A DNA stretch of 34,741 bases, taken from positions 1-34,741 of the forward strand of contig JAGVEP010000409.1 of the NCBI GenBank assembly GCA_020058145.1, read 5' to 3'. The notes under the pieces were generated by a model. That model did not search any database and was not told the DNA's origin. It was given only the letters and a program-made list of their open reading frames with translations. This document shows, piece by piece, positions 28,079 to 34,741 of the stretch. The position numbers and the translations under genes are program-made. The stretch's first letter is position 1. Each line of letters opens with the position of its first letter. The DNA is from Phycisphaerae bacterium. GTDB taxonomy: Bacteria > Planctomycetota > Phycisphaerae > UBA1845 > Fen-1342.

Positions 28079-29326
28079 TCAGAGCAGTTCCAACAAAGAG
28101 ACGAGCTTGCCGCCGCGCTCCCGGAACTTCGCCAAGCTAGCGCAAATCTCCTCGTAGTACCCGAACGAGAACACGACCAACTCGTCGACCGGGTTGTCGA
28201 GGGCGTGTTGTGGCGGCACGACCGGCACGTGCGCCCCGGGTGTGTAAAGGCCGTGAAAGCTGGGATTCTGGTCGCACACATAGGCGAAATCGCCGGGCTG
28301 GGCACACGCCGCCAGGGTCATGACTCCCCGCCCACCCGCACCGTAGCCGGCCAACCGGCAGCCTTTCGCACGCTGCGCCCGCACATGCGCACGCAGCTTC
28401 TCCACACTCGCCCTGACCGCCGCGCCAAATGCCGTGAAAGTCTCCGGCCGGCCGAGCGCACCGGCGTCTAGCGTCGGCAAGGCGCGGGATGCGTACGCGG
28501 ACCCGCGCAGTGTCGCGCTGACGAGCAGGGAATTCGCCCGGCGGCGCTGCTCGGGCAACAACTCCACGTCGAGGACCTCAAAGCCTGCCCGTTGCAGCAA
28601 GGCCTGCATGGTCGCCGCGCAGCAGTAGGTGGTGTGTTCGTGCTCGAACAGGCAGAACTCGCGCCGCTCGACGATCTTCGCGAGGTCGTGTACCTCGAGC
28701 AGCAGCACGCCCCGCCGCGGGTCCAGCACCCGGCGCACCGCGGCCAGAAAGTCCATTGGGTCCGGCAGGTGGTCGAAGGTGTAGCACAGCAGCACCAGTT
28801 GCACCGGCAGACAGTCGGCGGGGATGTCCCGCTCGGCCTGGTGGTCGAACAGGCGCAGCGCCACCGGAATGCCGTTGCGGCGTGCTCCCGCTACCAGCGG
28901 TGCCGACGGTTCGAAACCGAACACTTTGGCGCCCAGCCGCTGGAAAAACGCGAGTTGGGCACCGTCGCCGCTGCCGATCTCGACCACGGAGTCGCCGGGC
29001 CGGAGCTCGAAGTGCCGCCACGCTTCCTCAGCCAGTTCCCGCATGAACCGGCTGACGAAGCCTGACGCCGACGTGGTATAGGTGTATTCGTTGTAGTAAG
29101 CCCCCATGTCCACGTCGTGCAGGGTCTGGCAAACCCCGCAGCCCGCACAGCGGAATATCTTGATCGCGCAGCGGAACTCCTGCCCGAGCCGGGCCTCGGA
29201 GAGGAAGGCGTCGGTGAGCGGCATATCCGGTAACTCGAGGAAAGCGTCGAGTCGGTCCGAGCCGCACACGCGGCAGTTCTCTCGGTAGGTCACATTGTTG
29301 CCCAAATGCCACTCCTGACGGTTCAT
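28079..29326 (-). CDS. NDP-hexose C-methyltransferase (TylCIII-like: N-terminal Zn-ribbon + class I SAM MTase + C-terminal C-methyltransferase domain)
   Basis: Zn-ribbon CRVCGS...FRCAGCGVCQT, SAM motif VVEIGSGDGAQL, and a long C-terminal domain as in sugar 3-C-methyltransferases. Confidence 0.8.
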   Translation of the reverse strand: MNRQEWHLGNNVTYRENCRVCGSDRLDAFLELPDMPLTDAFLSEARLGQEFRCAIKIFRCAGCGVCQTLHDVDMGAYYNEYTYTTSASGFVSRFMRELAEEAWRHFELRPGDSVVEIGSGDGAQLAFFQRLGAKVFGFEPSAPLVAGARRNGIPVALRLFDHQAERDIPADCLPVQLVLLCYTFDHLPDPMDFLAAVRRVLDPRRGVLLLEVHDLAKIVERREFCLFEHEHTTYCCAATMQALLQRAGFEVLDVELLPEQRRRANSLLVSATLRGSAYASRALPTLDAGALGRPETFTAFGAAVRASVEKLRAHVRAQRAKGCRLAGYGAGGRGVMTLAACAQPGDFAYVCDQNPSFHGLYTPGAHVPVVPPQHALDNPVDELVVFSFGYYEEICASLAKFRERGGKLVSLLELL

Positions 29327-29350
29327 GGGAGCATGTGTGCCGAGCCGTAC

Positions 29351-30442
29351 TTATTGGACAACCTCGTACGCCGCAATATCACCCAGGCTGGCCCGCCGCA
29401 TGTCCGGGCGGGCGTCACCGTGGGCCAGGCGATACCACGTCGCGGTTCGGCGGACGGCCTCGGCGACGTTCCACCGCGGCCGCCAGCCCAGCCGGCCAAT
29501 GGCTTTGTCGATGGACAAGCGCAACAGGCCCGCCTCGTGCGGCTGCCGGTGGTCGCTCTTGTCCTCCCACGACCCGCCGCCCCATGCTGAGACGAACAGG
29601 TCGACGAGCTGCCGCACCGGGATGTCATCGCCCGGCAGCGGCCCGAAATTCCAGGCCTCACACCAGACCGGGTCGTCCGACGCCAGCAGCCGCGCCGCCA
29701 GGGTCAAGTAGCCGCTGAGCGGCTCCAGCACGTGCTGCCACGGCCGGACCGCATGCGGATTTCGTACCGGCACCGGTCGCCCGGCGGCGAGCGCCCGAAC
29801 CGCGTCGCACAGGATACGATCCTTGGCCCAATCGCCGCCGCCGATCACGTTGCCCGCGCGGGCCGTCGCCAGTTTCACGCCATGCTCGCCCAGCCGTAGC
29901 GGCGAGAAGAACGAGTGCCGGTACGCAGCGGTCACGATCTCCGCCGCACCTTTGCTCGCACTATATGGATCATGTCCGCCCATTGGGTCGCATTCGCGAT
30001 AGCCCCAGACGTGCTCGCGGTTCTCGTAGCACTTGTCGCTCGTGACGACGACGACCACGCAGGGCTTGCCGCGGGCGCGGATGGCCTCCAGCACGTTCAC
30101 GGTCCCGAGAATGTTGGTCTCAAATGTCTCGCGGGGGCGGTCGTAGCTGTCGCTGACCAGCGCCTGGGCCGCCAGATGAAACACGATGTCGGGATCGGTA
30201 GCTTGCAAGGCCTGTGCGACGCGCGCCGCGTCACGCAGGTCGGCCTCGTGGTGTGCTGCCAACAAGTCCCGCACACCGGAGACGACGAAGTTGCTCGGCT
30301 CGGTCGGCGGCGGGAGCGCATAACCCGTCACGCGCGCCCCCAGCCGGTGCAGCCAGACCGCCAGCCACGAGCCCTTGAAGCCCGTGTGGCCGGTCAGAAA
30401 AACGGAGCGCCCCCGAAAGGCGTCGGCGAAGGCCGCGCTCAT
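29351..30442 (-). CDS. rfbG: CDP-glucose 4,6-dehydratase
   Basis: ATG 30442 overlaps the rfbF stop (ATGA). Motifs: FRGRSVFLTGHTGFKGSWLAVWL, YSASKGAAE (YxxxK). The ORF-track start at 30601 is an extension into rfbF. Confidence 0.9.
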   Translation of the reverse strand: MSAAFADAFRGRSVFLTGHTGFKGSWLAVWLHRLGARVTGYALPPPTEPSNFVVSGVRDLLAAHHEADLRDAARVAQALQATDPDIVFHLAAQALVSDSYDRPRETFETNILGTVNVLEAIRARGKPCVVVVVTSDKCYENREHVWGYRECDPMGGHDPYSASKGAAEIVTAAYRHSFFSPLRLGEHGVKLATARAGNVIGGGDWAKDRILCDAVRALAAGRPVPVRNPHAVRPWQHVLEPLSGYLTLAARLLASDDPVWCEAWNFGPLPGDDIPVRQLVDLFVSAWGGGSWEDKSDHRQPHEAGLLRLSIDKAIGRLGWRPRWNVAEAVRRTATWYRLAHGDARPDMRRASLGDIAAYEVVQ

Positions 30443-31215
30443 GTCCACACCTTCCACGGCGCCTGGCCCGCGTCCCACATGTCGTTGAGGGCCTTGTACT
30501 CGCGGTACGTGTCCATCGCGTAGAAGAACCCGTCGTGACGGTGGGCCATTAACTGCCCCTCGTGCGCCAGCCGTTCCAGCGGGGCCCGCTCCAAGATGCA
30601 ATCATCTCCGACCAGGTAGTCGAACACTTGGCGGCGGAACACAAAGAAGCCGACATTCACCCAATGTTCCAACCGCGGCTTCTCGCGAAACTGCCGCACG
30701 CAGCCGGCGTCGTCCAGGTCCAGGATGCCGTAGCGCGTTTCGGGCCGCACGGTGGTCAGCGTCGCGAGACGGCCATGCCGGTGGTGGAAAGCGACCAATT
30801 CGGCGATGTTGAGGTTCGAAAGCCCGTCGCCGTAGGTCACGAGAAAGTCATCGCCGTCGATGAACGGCTCGATGCGTTTGACGCGGCCCCCGGTCATGGT
30901 CTCAAGCCCGGTATCCACGAGGGTGACGTGGAAGTCCTGCTCGTCGTGCGCCCCGTGGTAGGTCGTCACGTGCTTGTGGCCGAGGTTGATGGTGAAGTCG
31001 TTGTTGAACGCCTCGTAATTGAGGAAGTACTCCTTAATCATGTGGCCGCGGTACCCCAGGCACAGCACGAACTCGCGGTAGCCGTAGTGGGCAAAGAGCT
31101 TCATAATGTGCCAGAGGATCGGCCGTTGGCCGACGTCGACGAGTGGCTTGGGCCGGAACTCGGTTTCCTCGCGGAGCCGGGTACCCAATCCGCCGCACAG
31201 AATCACGACTTTCAT
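30439..31215 (-). CDS. rfbF: Glucose-1-phosphate cytidylyltransferase
   Basis: MKVVILCGGLGTRLREETEFRPKPLVDVGQRPILWHIMKLFAHYGYREFVLCLGYRGHMIKEYFLNY is the canonical RfbF N-terminus. 258 aa. Confidence 0.93.
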   Translation of the reverse strand: MKVVILCGGLGTRLREETEFRPKPLVDVGQRPILWHIMKLFAHYGYREFVLCLGYRGHMIKEYFLNYEAFNNDFTINLGHKHVTTYHGAHDEQDFHVTLVDTGLETMTGGRVKRIEPFIDGDDFLVTYGDGLSNLNIAELVAFHHRHGRLATLTTVRPETRYGILDLDDAGCVRQFREKPRLEHWVNVGFFVFRRQVFDYLVGDDCILERAPLERLAHEGQLMAHRHDGFFYAMDTYREYKALNDMWDAGQAPWKVWT

Positions 31216-31407
31216 GCGTGTGTTCTCCGGCCGCGAGACGCCGAGCGCAGCGCCTGGTGATCCAGGTCCCGGGCACTCGCCATGACTCGCGGAGCATACT
31301 CGAAAGCCGACCTCGGCAGTAGCGCCGCTTCAGGCCCGCAGCGCACGCGCGGTCCGCGCAGCTTCGGACGAGATGAAATGAGCGAGCAAGACCACGGTTC
31401 CAAATCA

Positions 31408-31453
31408 CCGGGTGGCCTGGGCGTCCCGCCCCGGGTGGCATGGGCGTCCCGCC
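31408..31453 (+). repeat. Tandem 23-bp duplication at the 5' end of the VKOR-DsbA gene
   Basis: ccgggtggcCtgggcgtcccgcc (31408-31430) and ccgggtggcAtgggcgtcccgcc (31431-31453) match at 22/23. The single C>A difference creates ATG 31440. Confidence 0.9.
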
Positions 31454-33422
31454 CGTGAACACGACGGGCAAGATGCCCGCAGTACCCATCGGCCGCGCGA
31501 TTCGCGTGTTGGGTGCGATCTGCCTCGTATTGTGCGTCGGCGCTGCACTCGCGCTCGTGCTCGAGCACCTCGTCGGGCTGCAACTGCCCGGCTGCGGGGC
31601 GGGCAGTCCCTGTGCGAAGGCCAGCGCGAGCGTTTGGGGCAAGGTGCCGTACATAAACTGGCCGGTTTCTTTCCTCGGACTCGCGTATTTTCTGGGTTTG
31701 CTCGTGGCTTGGCTCGCCGCGCGCGGTAGCGTGTCCGGTGCCGCGCGTTGGGTGATCCGCCTCGGCCTGCTGCTGTCGCTGGGGTTCACAGTCGTCATGT
31801 TCGCAGGCGGCTACGTCTGCCCGTACTGCCTCGCGACGCACGCTGGGAACTTGGTCTTCTGGTTGTGCATGGAATTCGGCACCCGTGCCGCACCGGTGGG
31901 TCGCCGGCCGCTGACGGCGCTGGTGGCCGTCTTCGTGTTGTGCTCCGCGGTGCTCGGTGGCGCCGAATGGCGCGGCCGCGCGCGGGCGCGCACGACCGCG
32001 GAAAGGGAAATGCAAGCGTCCGAGGCCGCCATCTTGTCCGCGTCGACGCAGCCCGATGCGGGCAGCAGCGACAAGAACGAATCCGTCAATACCGCGCCGA
32101 GGGAAGCCGTCGCTGAGGCGGGGGTGCGAGAAAGGATTCTCGCACCAGCCGCCGTCGCTGAGGCGGGGGTGCGAGAAAGGATTCTCGCACCAGCCGCTGG
32201 GGTGCGAGAAAGGATTCTCGCACCAGCCGTTCTCGCACCAGCCGCGGGCTTCACCGGGCGCTGGCGGCTCGGTCCGGAGGCGGCCCCCATCCGAGTCGTT
32301 CTGTTCATGGACTACCAGTGCAAGGGCTGCCACCTCATTGAGCTGGAACTCAAGAAGATCATGGAGCAGCACCCGGACATTTCCCTATCGGTCAAGCACT
32401 GGCCGGGGGGCTCGGAGTGCAACCCCAACCCAGCCGAGCGTGAGCACATCTACGCATGCGCCGACGCGCGCGCCGCTGAGGCCGCCGGCATCCTGCACGG
32501 CAACGACGGCTTCTGGAAGCTGCACTTTTGGCTCTTCGGCAAGAGTGGACGCGCAACGGATGCGGACTTCCGGGCGGCCTGCGCCGAGTTCGGTTGGGAT
32601 GCCGACGAATTCGACCGCGTCCGCCACAGCGACGAAACCCAGCGCCGGATCGAAGCGGATGTCGTCGAAGGGTTCAGCTTGGGTCTCTCCTCCACGCCGA
32701 TGGTTTTCATTAACGCCGTCGAATTCAAGGGCTGGGCGGCGCCGTTGGGGCTGACGCGGGTCGTGGACGCCATCAGCCAAAAGGACCTGCCCGCCAAGAC
32801 GGCGGCGAGTGACCGTGCCATGCCGGCGAAGGAGTCGTTCATATTCCAATGGCGTCAGGCGAAAGCTCGCGATCTGCCGGCGACCGCACAGGCCTGGCCG
32901 CGCGGGCCGGCCGCCGCCAAGCTCAAAATCGTCGTCTGGGGCGACTACCAGCAGCCCAACACGGCCCTGGCGGACCGCATCATTCGCGAATTCAGCGCCG
33001 CGCGGAGCGACGTGCAGTACACGTTCCATCCCTACCCGCTCAATCGGGGTTGCAACGTCTCCGCGAAGGAAGACGAGTACCCGTCGGCCTGCCGCGCCGC
33101 GCACGCCGCACAGGCGGCCGGTCTGCTGGCCGGGGCGGACGGATACTGGAGAATGCACGACTGGCTGCTGAAACACCAGGCGGATTTCAGCGACGACACA
33201 CTACGATCCGCGGCCGTCGAGCTGGGCCTCGATCCCACTGAGTTGTTTTCCCGCATGGACAACCCGGCGGTCAGCGCCGCGATCGCCGAAGTGGCCCTCG
33301 CCGGCAGTCAAGCCGGGCTCCAGCACAGTCCGCTGATGTTCCTGAACGGCAAGATCGTGCCCCGTTGGCTGCACGGCAAGGAACCCGTGTTGCGGGCGAT
33401 CCTTGATGCCGCCGCCGAATGA
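31440..33422 (+). CDS. Vitamin K epoxide reductase (VKOR) membrane domain fused to two thioredoxin/DsbA-like domains, the second lacking CxxC
   Basis: VKOR: GCGAGSPCAKASASVWG...CPYCLATH within TM helices. Trx domain 1: FMDYQCKGCHLIE...ECNPNPAEREHIYACADARAAEAAG. Trx domain 2: WGDYQQPNTALAD...GCNVSAKEDEYPSACRAAHAAQAAG. The start may instead be ATG 31473 (MPAVPIGRAIRVLGAICLVL). Confidence 0.82.
   Translation: MGVPPVNTTGKMPAVPIGRAIRVLGAICLVLCVGAALALVLEHLVGLQLPGCGAGSPCAKASASVWGKVPYINWPVSFLGLAYFLGLLVAWLAARGSVSGAARWVIRLGLLLSLGFTVVMFAGGYVCPYCLATHAGNLVFWLCMEFGTRAAPVGRRPLTALVAVFVLCSAVLGGAEWRGRARARTTAEREMQASEAAILSASTQPDAGSSDKNESVNTAPREAVAEAGVRERILAPAAVAEAGVRERILAPAAGVRERILAPAVLAPAAGFTGRWRLGPEAAPIRVVLFMDYQCKGCHLIELELKKIMEQHPDISLSVKHWPGGSECNPNPAEREHIYACADARAAEAAGILHGNDGFWKLHFWLFGKSGRATDADFRAACAEFGWDADEFDRVRHSDETQRRIEADVVEGFSLGLSSTPMVFINAVEFKGWAAPLGLTRVVDAISQKDLPAKTAASDRAMPAKESFIFQWRQAKARDLPATAQAWPRGPAAAKLKIVVWGDYQQPNTALADRIIREFSAARSDVQYTFHPYPLNRGCNVSAKEDEYPSACRAAHAAQAAGLLAGADGYWRMHDWLLKHQADFSDDTLRSAAVELGLDPTELFSRMDNPAVSAAIAEVALAGSQAGLQHSPLMFLNGKIVPRWLHGKEPVLRAILDAAAE
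32106..32243 (+). repeat. Tandem array (45+45+33+15 bp) of a hairpin-containing unit (GTGCGAGAA-agga-TTCTCGCAC) inside the VKOR-DsbA ORF; family B
   Basis: The unit gccgtcgctgaggcgggggtgcgagaaaggattctcgcaccagcc occurs twice (32106-32150, 32151-32195). Truncated units follow at 32196-32228 and 32229-32243. All lengths are multiples of 3. Translation: AVAEAGVRERILAPA x2, AGVRERILAPA, VLAPA. Confidence 0.92.
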
Positions 33423-33428
33423 CGGGGA

Positions 33429-34190
33429 TCAGACCGCGAGCACGTCCGTGACGTGATAACGGCTCGTCGTGTACAGGGGGTAATCATGACCCAGTTCGCG
33501 CCGCAACGTCTGCAGCGCAATGTCCGGGTGGTTGTTGTGCGCACTCAAGTGCGCCATGGCGACCCACTTGGGCCGCTGCCGCCGACAGCGTTTGAGCAGC
33601 GCGGCGGCCTCGTCATTCGAGAGGTGCCCGCTGTCGCCCCGGATCCGTGCCTTCAACTCCGGCGGGTAGGAGCCCTCCGCGAGCATCTGCGGGTCGTAGT
33701 TCGTCTCCAGATACGCGGCGTCAAGCTCGGCCAAGGCGGTCGCCAGCTCGGCGAAAGGATGTCCCAGGTCGGTCAGGATGCCCAGGCGCTTTTGCTCGCA
33801 GGTGACCACAAACGCCACACTTTCGGCGGCGTCGTGTGGCGTGGGCAGGGTGTGGACGCGGACCGAGCCGAATGCGAGCGTCTGGCCGGGTCGAAAATGA
33901 TGGACGTTGCCGAGCCGGCCCGTGTGCCGCGTGATGGCGTGGTGCGTGGCCGGCGTCGCATACAGGGGGAGCTTGAATAGCCGCTGAAAAACGCCGGCGC
34001 AGGCGGTGTGATCACGGTGGCGGTGTGAGAGGATCACGGCATCCACCTGGCGGATATCACGTCCGTGGGCGGCCATCCGCTCCTTCGCCTGGGCCCCCGA
34101 GATGCCGGCGTCGAAGAGGAGGCGCGTACCGGCGGCCTCGACGTAAATGCAATTCCCGTTGGACCCGGATTGGAGCGCGAAGGTCAGCAC
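33429..34190 (-). CDS. MBL-fold metallo-hydrolase (PhnP/YycJ-like)
   Basis: GTG 34190. The sequence MLTFALQSGSNGNCIYVEAAGTRLLFDAG...AVILSHRHRDHT shows an HxHxDH-type motif. 253 aa. Confidence 0.82.
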   Translation of the reverse strand: MLTFALQSGSNGNCIYVEAAGTRLLFDAGISGAQAKERMAAHGRDIRQVDAVILSHRHRDHTACAGVFQRLFKLPLYATPATHHAITRHTGRLGNVHHFRPGQTLAFGSVRVHTLPTPHDAAESVAFVVTCEQKRLGILTDLGHPFAELATALAELDAAYLETNYDPQMLAEGSYPPELKARIRGDSGHLSNDEAAALLKRCRRQRPKWVAMAHLSAHNNHPDIALQTLRRELGHDYPLYTTSRYHVTDVLAV

Positions 34191-34232
34191 CCGGTCATTA
34201 TAGGGCTACTGGCTCGCGCGCGTCCGCGTTTT

Positions 34233-34262
34233 TTGACAGTCGCCGGGGTCCGGCGGTAAGAT
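34233..34262 (+). promoter_or_regulatory. Candidate sigma-70-type promoter for the gene starting at 34335
   Basis: TTGACA (34233-34238) - 18 nt - TAAGAT (34257-34262). The family A hairpin begins ~10 nt downstream, at the predicted 5' end of the transcript. Confidence 0.45.
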
Positions 34263-34272
34263 GTCTTTGCAG

Positions 34273-34299
34273 CCGTCGGACTCGGAGGTCCGACGCTAC
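34273..34299 (+). repeat. Single copy of the family A hairpin element
   Basis: ccgtcggactcggaggtccgacgctac is identical to the core of the 9571-9660 units and in the same orientation. It lies in the 5' leader of the downstream gene. Confidence 0.9.
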
Positions 34300-34334
34300 G
34301 CCTGGGGCCTCAGGCAATAGCGAACTACGGAACC

Positions 34335-34741
34335 ATGTCCGCAGCCGAAATCTGCAGCGCGATTCACCTTCGCACGGGGCTTCGCGCTCGCGTCGCGGCG
34401 GTGGACTCCTGGCTGGAGCAGCATCAGGTTTCAGTCACGACGTATGACGACGTCTACCTGGCGTGTGTGCATCTGCTCCAACGCGGTGCCGACATGCCCG
34501 ACTGCGTGGTGGTCGGGGCTGATTGGCTCACGCCGGATGAGTTCCACATTGTGCCCTACATCCGGCAGACCTGGCCGCACGCCGCCATACTGGTCTACGG
34601 CGGCGAGTGTGAGCAACCGGGTTTCGATGTGCTGCCCTTAACGCGGACGTATGCGCGCGAGGACGGACTGCGGACCATGCTCGCCGAGCCGCCGGGAGAG
34701 CTCGTGCGGCGGCTGCGTGCGCATGTGCCGGTATTTGGGGC
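34335..34741 (+). CDS. Hypothetical protein, possibly a degenerate receiver (CheY-like) domain. Only the 5' part is present and the gene runs off the window end.
   Basis: Not in the ORF track because it has no stop in the window. Translation from ATG 34335 is open to the end: MSAAEICSAIHLRTGLRARVAAVDSWLEQHQVSVTTYDDVYLACVHLLQRGADMPDCVVVGADWLTPDEFHIVPYIRQTWPHAAILVYGG... The alternating beta/alpha pattern resembles a receiver fold, but the function call is weak. Confidence 0.5.
   Translation, partial: MSAAEICSAIHLRTGLRARVAAVDSWLEQHQVSVTTYDDVYLACVHLLQRGADMPDCVVVGADWLTPDEFHIVPYIRQTWPHAAILVYGGECEQPGFDVLPLTRTYAREDGLRTMLAEPPGELVRRLRAHVPVFG

Overview
This is a 34.7-kb, high-GC (roughly two-thirds G+C by eye), densely coding bacterial chromosomal segment. 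I recognised no rRNA, tRNA, CRISPR array, transposase or integrase. Gene content from left to right: (1) On the minus strand, the 5' part of a GspG-like pseudopilin gene sits directly after an HD-GYP phosphodiesterase gene. (2) A secreted parallel-beta-helix protein with a C-terminal dockerin-like module is split by a single in-frame TGA. (3) A minus-strand block runs MBL hydrolase, PAS-PAS sigma-54 enhancer-binding protein, a near-consensus -24/-12 promoter, a STAS protein, then a secreted cupredoxin + CHRD + PQQ-type sugar dehydrogenase + dockerin fusion. (4) kdsC is followed by a 1073-aa membrane-anchored protein built from many OstA/LptA-like strand motifs, which echoes the kdsC-lptC-lptA order of E. 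coli. (5) argS. (6) A large glycan (LPS/O-antigen-like) locus holds a polytopic membrane protein, two paralogous secreted glycoside-hydrolase-like proteins (the first apparently frameshifted) and a Wzm/Wzt ABC exporter. Converging on it is the operon rfbF-rfbG-C-methyltransferase-SDR-split transketolase-GT2. (7) A VKOR-DsbA fusion, a second MBL hydrolase and the start of a receiver-like gene. The most unusual signal is not a gene. Several unrelated families of short palindromic or tandem repeats are scattered through the window, and four of them sit inside open reading frames without breaking them (Lpt-like gene, argS twice, VKOR-DsbA). One 48-bp copy forms an inverted repeat between the leader of the Lpt-like gene and its own coding region. 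The dockerin-like C-termini, pseudopilin-type N-terminus and weak Shine-Dalgarno usage suggest a Planctomycetota-like organism, but this is inference only. All functional calls come from motifs I recognised in the supplied translations. No database search was run.
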